A stretch of DNA of 64,000 bases from Janthinobacterium sp. (lineage in GTDB: Bacteria; Pseudomonadota; Gammaproteobacteria; Burkholderiales; Burkholderiaceae_D), in the NCBI GenBank assembly GCA_003133225.1, contig PKWL01000023.1, positions 6,531 through 70,530 on the forward strand. Direction: 5' to 3'. Positions within the stretch are counted from its first letter, which is position 1, and each line of letters begins with the position of its first letter. A program made the translations under genes and the position numbers. Positions 41,450 through 51,630 of this stretch are shown here, in pieces. The notes beneath the pieces were generated by a model. It did not search any database. It had not been told where the DNA came from and saw nothing but the letters and a program-made list of their open reading frames with translations.

Positions 41450-41473
41450 TTCGCCGCGAGCGCACGCGGCGAA
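41450..41473. terminator. Hairpin between the small ORF and convergent hemH
   Basis: TTCGCCGCG-AGCGCA-CGCGGCGAA. Confidence 0.55.
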
Positions 41474-41484
41474 CACGCGCAACA

Positions 41485-42594
41485 TTAATTTTGCGCGCCC
41501 AAACGAAGCGCCTCTATGCGGCCCGCTTCGGCCTCTTTTTTCTGCGCTTCCCGCTGAGCGGGCGCCACCATCGTCGGCCATCCGATAAGATGCTGTTCCG
41601 CGATTTCGGCAAGACCGGTGATCCAGGCCGGGGCGTCGTTTAGGCAAGGTATATAGGCAAATTTCTTGCCGCCGGCCGCCGTATACGCCTCTTTGGCCTC
41701 TATGGCGATTTCTTCCAGCGTTTCCAGGCAGTCGCTGGTAAAGCCCGGGCACAGGACGTCGACCCGCGTTACTCCTTCCCGCGCCAGCCTAACTAAGGTG
41801 GGCGCCGTGTATGGCTGAAGCCATTGCGCCCTACCAAAGCGCGACTGGAAGGTCACGACGTACTGGTCGGGCGCCAAGCGCAACTTGGCCGTCAGCAGGC
41901 GCGCCGTCTTCAAGCATTCGCAGTGGTAAGGGTCGCCGAGCAGCAAGGTTCGCATGGGAATGCCGTGAAAACTGAGCACCAGCTTTTCGGGACGACCGTT
42001 ATTGTCCCAATGATTGAGGACCGAATCGTGCAAAGCATCGATATAGGCATCGTGGTCGTGGTAATTTCTGACGAAGCGCAACTCTGGCACGTTGCGCACC
42101 CGTGCATAATGCTGGAACACGGCGTCGTAGATGGAGCCCGTGGTGCTCCCCGCATATTGCGGATAGGCCGGTAAGATCAGGATCCGTTCGCAACCATCAG
42201 TTTTCAGCCTGGCTAGCACTTCGGGCAGCGACGGCGCGCCGTAGCGCATTGCCATTGCCACCGTGATCCGTTCGTGACCGCGCTCGCCGAGGGCGCCGCG
42301 CAGCAGCATGGCTTGCTTTTGCGTATGCACTTTCAAAGGCGAACCGTCGCGGGTCCAGATCGCGGCATATTTTTTTGCCGACCGGCCCGAACGAAACGGC
42401 AAAATGATCAAATTGAGGATGAACCACCAAACCAGTTTTGGAATCTCGACCACGCGCTGATCGGACAGAAACTGTTTAAGATAGCGCCGTACGGCCGAAC
42501 TGGTCGGCGCCTCGGGCGTTCCCAGATTGACCAGAACGATGGCGCTGCGGCCGGTGCTGCCGTGAATATGGGAAGGCTCTTTTAGAAATAACAT
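41485..42594 (-). CDS. hemH: Ferrochelatase
   Basis: LVNLGTP, FLSDQRVVE, AMRYG.P, PAYPQYAGST, SFHGIP, FQSRFG...WLQPYT, PGFTSDCLETLEEI. Confidence 0.96.
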   Translation of the reverse strand: MLFLKEPSHIHGSTGRSAIVLVNLGTPEAPTSSAVRRYLKQFLSDQRVVEIPKLVWWFILNLIILPFRSGRSAKKYAAIWTRDGSPLKVHTQKQAMLLRGALGERGHERITVAMAMRYGAPSLPEVLARLKTDGCERILILPAYPQYAGSTTGSIYDAVFQHYARVRNVPELRFVRNYHDHDAYIDALHDSVLNHWDNNGRPEKLVLSFHGIPMRTLLLGDPYHCECLKTARLLTAKLRLAPDQYVVTFQSRFGRAQWLQPYTAPTLVRLAREGVTRVDVLCPGFTSDCLETLEEIAIEAKEAYTAAGGKKFAYIPCLNDAPAWITGLAEIAEQHLIGWPTMVAPAQREAQKKEAEAGRIEALRLGAQN

Positions 42595-42702
42595 GACGGT
42601 TTTGCGGGCGTGAACGAAGGTGAGCCTGCCATTATAGATACGTTTGGCCCGCTGCGCCCGCAGTGATTGCCGCCCATGCGCAGCCCGAGGCTGTTCTCGC
42701 CC

Positions 42703-44367
42703 TTATAGCGCGAGCAACTCGCGCGCGTGTTGACGGGTGGTGGCGGTGATTTCCAGCCCGCCCAGCATGCGCGCGACCTCCTCCACGCGCGCTCTCGCAT
42801 CGAGGAGGTCGATGCGCGAAGTGGTTTTGCCGCTGGCCAAGGTGGTTTTGGCCACTTGAAAATGCTGCTCGGCCTGGCTGGCCACCTGCGGCAAGTGCGT
42901 CACGCATAATACTTGGCGTTCTTGGCCCAGGCGTTTGAGCAAGCGCCCCACCACCTCGGCCACGCCGCCGCCGATGCCGCTGTCGACTTCATCGAAAATG
43001 AGGGTCGGAGTCGTTGTCGCGTTCGATGTGATGACGGAAATGGCTAGCGCGATGCGCGCCAGCTCGCCGCCGGACGCCACTTTCGCCAGCGGTCGCAACG
43101 TGGTGCCCGCGTGTCCGGCGACCAAAAATTCCAATTGCTCCATGCCGAATCCGGCCGGCTCGCACGGCGTCAAGGCCACCTCGAAACTGCCGCCCGTCAT
43201 ATTCAGATCCTGCATGGCCTCGGTCACGGCTGTGCCCAATAGGGTTGCCGCCGCGGCCCGTCTGGCCGACAACGTCGCGGCCGCTTCCATATATTTGGCC
43301 TTGAACTTGTCTTCCTGGCGGCGCAGGCCATCCAGATCGCTGGCATCGGCTAGCTGGCGCAAGGTCAAGGACAGCTTCGCGCATTCTTCTGGCAATTCGT
43401 CGGGCGTGACGTGAAATTTACGCGCCATCGAATGAATCACTTCCATCCGCACATCGACTTGGCGCAGGCGCTCGGGATCGAGCTCGACCCGGTCCAGATA
43501 GTCGTTGAGAGCGTAGACTGCTTCCTGCAATTGAATTCGCGCTGGATCAATGAGATCGATGATCGGTTGCAGATCGCTGTCAACCAACACGAGCTTGCCG
43601 AGCTTCTGATTGAGCAGCGCCAGCTGCGACAAGATGGGGTGTTCCGATTCGGATATCACGGCAAGAGCTTCCTGCGCACCTTCTAGCAAACTCGCCGCAT
43701 GCGCCAGACGGCTGTGCTCGCTGGTAATGTCAGCCCATTCGCCCCCCTTTAGCGCCAGTTTTTCCAATTCGCCCACTTGCCATTCGAGGCGTTCGCGTTG
43801 ATCCAACAGGTTGGCGGCGTTGGTCTCGAATTCTTCCCGCTGCCGGGTCAAGGCGCGCCAGGTCTTGAAAGTGGCGGCGACCGCTTTCACATCATCGGCG
43901 CTGCTTGCGTCTGCGCTTGCCGCCTGGGAGTCGACCAAGGCGCGTTGCGCCCCTCCTTTCAGCAGCGACTGATGGGCGTGCTGGCCATGGATATCGACTA
44001 GCATGTCGCCCAAATCGCGCAGCTGCGCGGCAGTGGCCGCGATGCCGTTGATGAACGCTTTCGAGCGCCCCGCATTATCGATCACGCGGCGCAGGAGGGC
44101 GCCCCCCTCCTCGCTGGCAAATTCGTTCGACTCCAGCCAGGAGCGGGCCTGTTCGCTCGGCGCGAAGTCGGCGGTGATGTCGGCCTTGCTCGCGCCTTCG
44201 CGCACGACGCCAGCATCGCCGCGTCCGCCCAGCGCCAAGGTCAAGGCATCGATCAAGATCGACTTGCCGGCGCCCGTCTCGCCCGTCAGCACGCTGAAAC
44301 CGGCAGAAAATTCCAGGTCGATCGAATCGACAATCACAAAGTCGCGAATAGAGAGTGTACGGAGCAT
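42703..44367 (-). CDS. recN: DNA repair protein RecN
   Basis: LTGETGAGKS Walker A, IHGQHAHQ, ASGGELARI signature, IFDEVDSG, VTHLPQVA. Confidence 0.97.
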   Translation of the reverse strand: MLRTLSIRDFVIVDSIDLEFSAGFSVLTGETGAGKSILIDALTLALGGRGDAGVVREGASKADITADFAPSEQARSWLESNEFASEEGGALLRRVIDNAGRSKAFINGIAATAAQLRDLGDMLVDIHGQHAHQSLLKGGAQRALVDSQAASADASSADDVKAVAATFKTWRALTRQREEFETNAANLLDQRERLEWQVGELEKLALKGGEWADITSEHSRLAHAASLLEGAQEALAVISESEHPILSQLALLNQKLGKLVLVDSDLQPIIDLIDPARIQLQEAVYALNDYLDRVELDPERLRQVDVRMEVIHSMARKFHVTPDELPEECAKLSLTLRQLADASDLDGLRRQEDKFKAKYMEAAATLSARRAAAATLLGTAVTEAMQDLNMTGGSFEVALTPCEPAGFGMEQLEFLVAGHAGTTLRPLAKVASGGELARIALAISVITSNATTTPTLIFDEVDSGIGGGVAEVVGRLLKRLGQERQVLCVTHLPQVASQAEQHFQVAKTTLASGKTTSRIDLLDARARVEEVARMLGGLEITATTRQHARELLAL

Positions 44368-44407
44368 AAACAGGCAAAGTTTGTGAGGAAAGGGAGCGCG
44401 CAAACAG

Positions 44408-45307
44408 TTACAGAATGCCCTCGCCCGACGGATATTCGTTCCAGTGCAGCTTTTCGCGCAAGGTATCGTAATAAGTCCAGCCCTCGGGATGCAAGAAGGT
44501 CATGGTGTGCGGCGAACGGCGGATGACGATGCGGTCTTGGGTCATCAAACTGGCAAAGGTCTGCATGTCGAAATTGACGCTGATGTCGCGTCCACGCATG
44601 ATCTCGACCACGATCTCGCTTGAATCGGGCAACACGATGGGCCGGTTCGACAATGCGTGCGGCGCGATCGGCACCAGCACAATGCCGCCCAGGCTGGGGT
44701 GCAGCAAGGGACCGCCGGCCGACAGGGCGTAGGCGGTGGAGCCGGTCGGCGTTGCGATAATCAGCCCGTCCGAACGCTGGTTGTACATAAAATGGCCGTC
44801 GACATCCACTTTCAGTTCGGCCATGCCGGAGCCGCCGCCGCGCGAGACCACCACGTCGTTGATGGCCATGCCGAAATGGATGACGTTACCGTTGCGCAGC
44901 ACCTGGCCTTCGAGCAAGGTGCGGCGCTCGGCCTTGAAGGCGCCGCCCAGAATTTCGGCGAGCACGGGCAGCATGCGTTCGAGCGGGATGTCGGTCATAA
45001 AACCGAGGCGACCTTGATTGATGCCAATTAGAGGCACGTTAAACGGCGCCAGCTGACGCGCGATGCCCAGCATGGTGCCGTCGCCGCCGATGACGATGGC
45101 AGCTGCCGCCTGTGCACCAATCTCGGCCGCGGTCATCGCGCCCACCCCAGGATATCTCAAATGGGCAGCAGTCTCGGCTTCAAACACGACGCTGTGTCCC
45201 GCATCTTGCAAAAAATCGACGATGCTTTTCACGGACGCATCAATGCCGACCGTGTTCTGGCGGACGACGAGCGCAATGGTTTTGTTCAAGACGTACGGGG
45301 CGGACAT
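44408..45307 (-). CDS. nadK: NAD kinase
   Basis: [44 protein letters not shown]. Start at 45307 is inferred. Confidence 0.96.
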   Translation of the reverse strand: MSAPYVLNKTIALVVRQNTVGIDASVKSIVDFLQDAGHSVVFEAETAAHLRYPGVGAMTAAEIGAQAAAAIVIGGDGTMLGIARQLAPFNVPLIGINQGRLGFMTDIPLERMLPVLAEILGGAFKAERRTLLEGQVLRNGNVIHFGMAINDVVVSRGGGSGMAELKVDVDGHFMYNQRSDGLIIATPTGSTAYALSAGGPLLHPSLGGIVLVPIAPHALSNRPIVLPDSSEIVVEIMRGRDISVNFDMQTFASLMTQDRIVIRRSPHTMTFLHPEGWTYYDTLREKLHWNEYPSGEGIL

Positions 45308-45353
45308 AAAAAGTCTCGGCAAAGTGGGGGATCCACCAGCAGGGTAACCCAAA

Positions 45354-45440
45354 ATGCAATCTTCTGCCATATGGAAAGACCATACCCTTGCCGAATCCAG
45401 CCCGTAAAATCGGTCTGATTCAAGCTAACGGCGCCGCTCG
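45354..45440 (+). pseudogene. hrcA: Possible eroded 5' relic of the heat-shock repressor gene
   Basis: ATG CAA...GAA AGA..TAC..CTT GCC GAA..CAG CCC GTA AAA TCG gives, across frameshifts, ER-Y-LAE-QPV.S, like HrcA ERYI(A)(D/E)GQPVGS. Divergent from nadK, as hrcA normally is. Confidence 0.33.
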
Positions 45441-45501
45441 CGGCGGGCAAGAAGTCGCTAAAGGCGATAAAATGACTTATACAATCAACAAGGGATGTAC
45501 G

Positions 45502-45888
45502 ATGCGCATTTTGCATACCATGCTAAGAGTTGGCGACTTGCAACGTTCAATTGATTTTTACACGAGGGTGCTCGGCATGAAAATGCTTCGCATCAACGAC
45601 AATCCGGAATACAAGTACACGCTGGCCTTTGTCGGCTATGGTGAGAACCCGGACCATGCAGAGCTCGAGTTAACCTACAATTACGGCGTGACGCACTACG
45701 AAATGGGCACGGCTTTTGGCCATCTGGCGCTGTCGGTCGACGACATCTACCGGGCTTGTGAGGCGGTCAAGGCCAATGGCGGCTTGGTGTCGCGCGAACC
45801 GGGGCCCGTTAAAGGCGGCACCACCGTGATCGCCTTCATCACCGATCCGGACGGCTACAAAATCGAATTGATCGAACGGAAATTCTAG
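45502..45888 (+). CDS. gloA: Lactoylglutathione lyase (glyoxalase I)
   Basis: [40 protein letters not shown]. Confidence 0.96.
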   Translation: MRILHTMLRVGDLQRSIDFYTRVLGMKMLRINDNPEYKYTLAFVGYGENPDHAELELTYNYGVTHYEMGTAFGHLALSVDDIYRACEAVKANGGLVSREPGPVKGGTTVIAFITDPDGYKIELIERKF

Positions 45889-46008
45889 GTTGGTCGTGCC
45901 CAATTGCCCCTTGGAAGCCTTCACTGCGCACAAGGGGCGCAAAAAAGCAGGATGGGTGGCCGTTGCCCGCAGCGGCAATGGCCGCCATTGCCTAGGGCGG
46001 GTTGAGTC

Positions 46009-46341
46009 CTAATACTGGGCCATCACAGGGTCGACCTGTAGCGCCCACGCATGAATCCCACCTGTCAAATTTGCAACATCGCTAAAACCATTGCATTCCA
46101 GATAGGCCGCCACTTGCATGCTGCGCGCGCCATGGTGGCAAATGCAAACGATGGCCGCGTCCGCATCGAAATCACCGATGCGCGCGGAAATCAAGCTGAC
46201 CGGGACCAGGACTGCGCCGTTGATGTGGCAGGTGTCAAATTCCCATGCTTCACGCACGTCGAGCAAAACCGGGCTGGGACGGCTCGCGTCGGCCAGCCAC
46301 GCAGCCAAATCACGGGCGCTCACCTGTTCCATCTGCCGCAC
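46009..46341 (-). CDS. Rhodanese-like domain protein
   Basis: LLDVREAWE, CHHGARS, NLTGGIHAW. Confidence 0.92.
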   Translation of the reverse strand: MRQMEQVSARDLAAWLADASRPSPVLLDVREAWEFDTCHINGAVLVPVSLISARIGDFDADAAIVCICHHGARSMQVAAYLECNGFSDVANLTGGIHAWALQVDPVMAQY

Positions 46342-46344
46342 TGC

Positions 46345-46998
46345 TTAAAATTTGAAATGGGACGGCGTCGGCGCCGACTCGAGCAGTTTCACATTGGTTT
46401 CGAACAGCTTGATCGTGTCATATGCGCTCTCGGAAACCCGGGTGATGATGTGGGCCGACATGATCGGCGCTTCGCCAACGATGGCCGCGATGCGCCCCCC
46501 GACCTTGAGCTGCTGCAAGAACGTTTCCGGCAACACTTCCAAGCCGCCGGAGATGACGATCACGTCGAACGGTGCGCCGCTGGCCCAGCCTTGCGCGCCA
46601 TTGCCCAGTTCCACCGTCACGTTGACGATGCCATAATTGGCCAAATTCTTTTCGCCCAGCGCTTTTAGCTCCGGTGAAATCTCAACGCTGGTCACATGGC
46701 GCCCCTTGTAGGCCAGCAAGGCTGCCATGTAACCTGAGCCGGTGCCGATTTCCAGCACATTTTCATGTTTCTTAACTTTAACTTCCTGCAACAGACGCGC
46801 CTCCAGCTTGGGCGTGAACATGCATTCACCGCCCGCCAGTGGGATTTCGGTGTCGACAAACGCCAGATTCTTGTATGGAGCAGGCACAAATTGTTCGCGC
46901 TTGACAACCATCAGCAAGTCCAGCACATCCTGATCTAGGACGTCCCACGTACGAATTTGCTGTTCAATCATGTTGATGCGTGCTTGTTCGATATTCAT
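46345..46998 (-). CDS. pcm: Protein-L-isoaspartate O-methyltransferase family protein
   Basis: ARINMIEQQIRTW, REQFVP, VLEIGTGSGY, PFDVI. Confidence 0.92.
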   Translation of the reverse strand: MNIEQARINMIEQQIRTWDVLDQDVLDLLMVVKREQFVPAPYKNLAFVDTEIPLAGGECMFTPKLEARLLQEVKVKKHENVLEIGTGSGYMAALLAYKGRHVTSVEISPELKALGEKNLANYGIVNVTVELGNGAQGWASGAPFDVIVISGGLEVLPETFLQQLKVGGRIAAIVGEAPIMSAHIITRVSESAYDTIKLFETNVKLLESAPTPSHFKF

Positions 46999-47160
46999 TT
47001 TAGGACTCGGTGAGTGAAAATAATCTTACATTTTATCGTTGAACTGGCCTCATGCGCACATCTTAATGATAAAGCCTGCGTTCGCCTGAAATTGCGACAA
47101 TCTGCAGCGGCGACGGAGCGAGCCCAAAAGCTCTCTTTTTTGTCGGTCTCGAGGGCCCGT

Positions 47161-47841
47161 TCATGGCGCCACGGCGGCCGCTTGCAAGGAGGCGGTATCA
47201 GCCGCGCCGTCGGGGCGCAAGCCGCGCAGGGTCAGTTCAATGAAGGTGGCCAAGTAAAGATGCGGATCGATCACCGCATTTTTGCATGGGACTAGGGAAT
47301 GGGTCCACATCATCAGCATGATGATGGGCGCCGTCAATACGCGCGTCAGGATAACGGGATCGACCGCCCGAAACTCGCCGCGGGCGATTCCCCGTTCGAG
47401 TATGCGCACGATCATGGCATTGCCGCGTTCGATCACCTCGGCATTATAAAACCTGGCTAGCTCAGGGAAATTGCCCGACTCCGCTACCATCAGCTTGCTA
47501 ATGCCAGACAGTTTGGTGGCGCCATATTTATTCCACCAAGCCAGGATGATATCGCGCAGCAATTCGGCGCTGCCACCTTCAAAGGCGGCGATATTTTGCT
47601 CCGCCTCGCCTAGGGTTGGGACTATCGTTTCACGCACGACGGCCTTAAACAACTCTTCCTTGTTGGCGAAATACAGGTATAGAGTGCCCTTGGAGACGCC
47701 GGCGCGCTTGGCCACGTCCTCCAAACGGGTCGAGGCGAAACCGCGCTCGACGAACAAGTCCAGTGCTGCGGCAAGCAGTTCCTGCGGGCGGGCATCCTTG
47801 CGCCGCTCCCAACGGGGCTTGATTTCAATTTGGGCTTGCAT
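47161..47841 (-). CDS. TetR/AcrR-family transcriptional regulator
   Basis: RRKDARPQELLAAALDLF.ERGF...VA..AGVSKGTLYLYF.NKEELF. Confidence 0.94.
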   Translation of the reverse strand: MQAQIEIKPRWERRKDARPQELLAAALDLFVERGFASTRLEDVAKRAGVSKGTLYLYFANKEELFKAVVRETIVPTLGEAEQNIAAFEGGSAELLRDIILAWWNKYGATKLSGISKLMVAESGNFPELARFYNAEVIERGNAMIVRILERGIARGEFRAVDPVILTRVLTAPIIMLMMWTHSLVPCKNAVIDPHLYLATFIELTLRGLRPDGAADTASLQAAAVAP

Positions 47842-48848
47842 CAGTGTCGTTCCAGCTAACTTACTTGCGAGTCATTTAATATAGTCGCCTGCGTCACAAT
47901 CGTCAAGGTGGAAAACAGCTGCACCCGCTCGACGCGGCCTAGGCAGCGCGCCGCCGCCGCCATCTCACTGGCAAACTTCCGCACTAAATTGACAGCCCGT
48001 CGTTCACTATTGGCATTGCCAACAACGGCAGCCTTCCCATCCTGACTCGGTTTGGCGCTGCCAGGCCCGTTCGCAATCCTTTAAAATCGACGGGCGTTTT
48101 CGTGTATTTTTTCCACCCGCCGTCGATTTCATCTTCGATCCCGGGCATGCCAGCGCGCCGGCGTGCGTTGCATCCAGCTCGACCTGCACCATCGCTGCGC
48201 GATTTTCGGCCACTTTGAACGTCCGGCCGTTTGCGCCAGCCTCAAGCCTTGCTGGTGTGCGGCGATCACCGGTCGCATGCGATGCTGTATCTAGCGCCCC
48301 TCTCTAGCGACCCTCGAAGGTCTCACTGTGTCATGCTTGCCACCCCAAGAGCAGGCCCTTGATGCGGCCCCGTCAGACTAAGCCCGTTCCGCACCTGTCA
48401 CCCCGCGGCGATGTCCCTCACGCGGCACGGCGCCCGCCACACCTTGGCGCCTTCCCCTTTGGGCGTGTGCTGTCGGTCCAATCCCAGCCCGGCCGTCAGC
48501 ATGCGCCTATGGCGGCGTCGCCTTGGTGCCGGAATCGGAAATCGCGGGCGCTCTCGTGGTAAGCTTCGGCCCGGCACAGGCTGCGCTGCAGGGCCGGAAA
48601 GCGTCACTTCCCATCAAAATGAGTACCTGTCAGAACAAATATATTATGAATCTCACTGTCGGCGGCCAAGCGGCCGCTGTTTGGCATTGGCACCCTAGCC
48701 GCGTTTGCCTCGGCCTGCCGCTGCGGGCGCTTCTGGTACAAGATGCGCAGCCACGACTTCAACTTGTTCGCCGGGTAGCAAACGGCACGCCGGGTAGCGA
48801 TGGCCAGCGCCCGCCGCGGCAGCCGGGTCGTATCGGCGGATGCTGGCA

Positions 48849-50672
48849 ATGATCGATCAAGACAGCAATGGGCGCGCGCTCCACCTGCTGGAAACCGTCT
48901 TCGGTTACCCTGCCTTCCGCGGCCAGCAGGCGGAGATCGTCAACCATGTCGCCAACGGCGGCGATGCGCTCGTCTTGATGCCAACTGGGGGGGGGAAGTC
49001 GCTTTGCTACCAGATCCCCGCTTTGCTGCGCACCGGTGTTGGCGTGGTCATCTCGCCCCTGATCGCGCTCATGCAAGACCAGGTCGACGCCCTAGCCGAA
49101 GTGGGCGTGCGCGCCGCCTTCCTTAATTCGACCCAGACCTACGAAGAGGCCAGCCGCATCGAGCGCCTAGTTCGCCATGGCGAACTCGATCTGGTCTACG
49201 TGGCGCCCGAGCGCCTGATGACGCAGCGCTGCCTGGACCTGTTCCAAGGCTCCAAGATCGCCCTGTTCGCGATCGACGAGGCGCACTGCGTTTCGCAATG
49301 GGGCCACGACTTCAGGCCTGAATACATCAAGCTGTCCGTGTTGCACGAGCAGTTCCCGGATGTGCCGCGTATCGCCCTGACCGCCACCGCCGACCATCAG
49401 ACTCGCGCCGAAATTGCGCTGCGCCTGCAGTTGGGCGAGGCGCGCCAGTTCGTGTCGTCCTTCGACCGCCCGAACATCCGCTACCGGATCGTCGAGAAGA
49501 CCAACGGCCGCAAGCAGCTGCTCGACTTCATCACCAGCGAGCATGGCGGCGACGCCGGCATTGTGTATTGCCTGTCGCGCAAAAAGGTGGAAGAAACGGC
49601 CGAGTTCCTAAACGAGAACGGCGTCCGCGCATTGCCCTATCACGCCGGCATGGAATACCCCAGGCGCAGCGCCAACCAGTCCAGGTTCCTGCGCGAAGAA
49701 AGCATCGTGATGGTTGCCACCATCGCTTTCGGCATGGGCATTGACAAGCCCGACGTGCGTTTCGTCGCGCATCTGGATTTACCGAAAAGTATCGAGGGCT
49801 ATTATCAGGAGACAGGCCGGGCCGGGCGCGACGGCTTGGCGGCCAACGCCTGGATGGCGTACGGCTTGCAAGACGTGGTGCTGCAGCGGCGCATGATCGA
49901 CGAGTCCGAAGCGGACGAGACCTTCAAGCGCGTGCTAAGCGTAAAGCTCGACGCCATGCTGGGACTGTGCGAGACGCTCAGCTGCCGGCGCACGCGCCTG
50001 CTCGAGTATTTCGGCGAAGCGGCCACGCCTTGTGGCAACTGCGACACCTGTCTGGTTCCGCCCGTCTCGTTCGATGCCACGGTGCCGGTGCAAAAACTGC
50101 TGTCGGCGATTTACCGAGTCGACCAGCGCTTCGCCGGCGGCCACGTGATCGACGTGCTGCGCGGCGTCGAGTCCGAGCGCATCAAGCTGTGGCACCATGA
50201 CCGGCTCTCCACCTTCGGCATCGGCAGCGAGCGCGGCGAAGCGGAATGGCGCGCGCTCCTGCGCCAAGCCATCGCGCTCGGGCTAGTTACCGTCGACCAT
50301 GAACAATACAGTTCCCTGAAACTGACGGACGCGGCCCGCCCCGTACTCAAGGGCGGGCAAAAAGTCCAGCTGCGCCAGTACCAGAAACCGATCAAGCAAA
50401 AGCGAGCGACGTCGCCCGCCAAAGGGCATGTTGACACGGACCTGTCGGCGCAGGAGCAGAGCATTTTCGACAAGTTACGCGGGTGGCGCGTCGAGACCGC
50501 GCGCACCCACAATGTGCCAGCTTACGTGATTTTCGTCGACGCCACCTTGCGCGAGATCGCCAAGGCCAAGCCGGCCTCGCTCAACGAGCTGCGCGGCGTG
50601 ACAGGCGTGGGCGAGAAAAAGCTGGCATCTTATGGTGACGACATCGTCGCCATGATCCGCGAAATGTTCTAA
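48849..50672 (+). CDS. recQ: ATP-dependent DNA helicase RecQ
   Basis: MPTGGGKS, DEAHCVSQWGHDFRPEY, ALTATA, ATIAFGMGIDK, QETGRAGRDG, RQC and HRDC domains. Confidence 0.98.
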   Translation: MIDQDSNGRALHLLETVFGYPAFRGQQAEIVNHVANGGDALVLMPTGGGKSLCYQIPALLRTGVGVVISPLIALMQDQVDALAEVGVRAAFLNSTQTYEEASRIERLVRHGELDLVYVAPERLMTQRCLDLFQGSKIALFAIDEAHCVSQWGHDFRPEYIKLSVLHEQFPDVPRIALTATADHQTRAEIALRLQLGEARQFVSSFDRPNIRYRIVEKTNGRKQLLDFITSEHGGDAGIVYCLSRKKVEETAEFLNENGVRALPYHAGMEYPRRSANQSRFLREESIVMVATIAFGMGIDKPDVRFVAHLDLPKSIEGYYQETGRAGRDGLAANAWMAYGLQDVVLQRRMIDESEADETFKRVLSVKLDAMLGLCETLSCRRTRLLEYFGEAATPCGNCDTCLVPPVSFDATVPVQKLLSAIYRVDQRFAGGHVIDVLRGVESERIKLWHHDRLSTFGIGSERGEAEWRALLRQAIALGLVTVDHEQYSSLKLTDAARPVLKGGQKVQLRQYQKPIKQKRATSPAKGHVDTDLSAQEQSIFDKLRGWRVETARTHNVPAYVIFVDATLREIAKAKPASLNELRGVTGVGEKKLASYGDDIVAMIREMF

Positions 50673-50844
50673 TTGCCGTCCAAAGCCCTGGGTCACTAAG
50701 TGGGGCGGTGCGGGAGTTTTTTAGGGCGCACGCGCAAATTGGACACGCGCAAAACAGAATTATTGGACGATTTTCCGTATGCCGCAAAAGCGCCTTGCAA
50801 CAACACGGTGCGGCGCTAAAGCCCGCTCGAATAAAGAATGCGTG

Positions 50845-51528
50845 CTAACTCTTTTTCACGAAGACCAGATCCCACACGCCATGCCCGAGGCGCAGGCCAC
50901 GATTTTCGAACTTGGTCAATGGCCGGTAGTCTGGCTGCGGCGCATAGCCGTCGGCCGTGTTTTGCAGAGCGGATTCGGCGCCCAGCACTTCGAGCATCTG
51001 CTGCGCATATTCCTGCCAGTCGGTGGCGCAATGCAGGTACGCCCCCGGCGCCAAACGCTGTGCCAGCAATTTGACGAACGGAGCCTGGAGCAGCCGCCGT
51101 TTGTTATGGCGTGCCTTATGCCACGGGTCCGGAAAAAATACATGCACGCCGGCCAGCGTGCTTGGCGCAATCATTTGCGTCAGCACTTCCACGGCATCGT
51201 GCTGTATGAGGCGCAAATTAGTCAGATCTTGTTCGCCGATCTGCTTTAGCAAGCTGCCCACGCCTGGGGTATGCACTTCGACCCCGATGAAGTCCGTCTC
51301 CGGCATGCTCTTGGCAATGTGCGAGGTAGTGTCGCCCATGCCGAAACCGATTTCCAAAATGGTCGGTGCGCAGCGGCCGAATATCCTTGCAAAATCGAGG
51401 GGAGTCTTGGCAAACGGCAACAAAAATTGTGGCCCCAGCTGTTCTAGCGCGCGTCGCTGCGCGAGCGACAGGCGCCCGGCGCGCGTGACGAAGCTGCGGA
51501 TGCGGTGTTCGGTAGGGTCGTACATCAT
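50845..51528 (-). CDS. trmB: tRNA (guanine-N7)-methyltransferase
   Basis: [54 protein letters not shown]. Confidence 0.96.
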   Translation of the reverse strand: MMYDPTEHRIRSFVTRAGRLSLAQRRALEQLGPQFLLPFAKTPLDFARIFGRCAPTILEIGFGMGDTTSHIAKSMPETDFIGVEVHTPGVGSLLKQIGEQDLTNLRLIQHDAVEVLTQMIAPSTLAGVHVFFPDPWHKARHNKRRLLQAPFVKLLAQRLAPGAYLHCATDWQEYAQQMLEVLGAESALQNTADGYAPQPDYRPLTKFENRGLRLGHGVWDLVFVKKS

Positions 51529-51630
51529 AGGCCGGGCCGGGCCAGTTTGGAGCGTATCAGAACACATGAAAGAGAAACAAAAGAAGTCAAGAAAACTGCC
51601 AGGACGCGGCAGAACAAAAGCGCTCTTGTA

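Noticed and set aside
40396-41484. CIRCE element near grpE/dnaK
   Set aside because: No TTAGCACTC-N9-GAGTGCTAA found; only sigma-32 promoters are present.
44368-44420. SOS box upstream of recN
   Set aside because: CTGT half-sites are present, but none forms CTG-N10-CAG.
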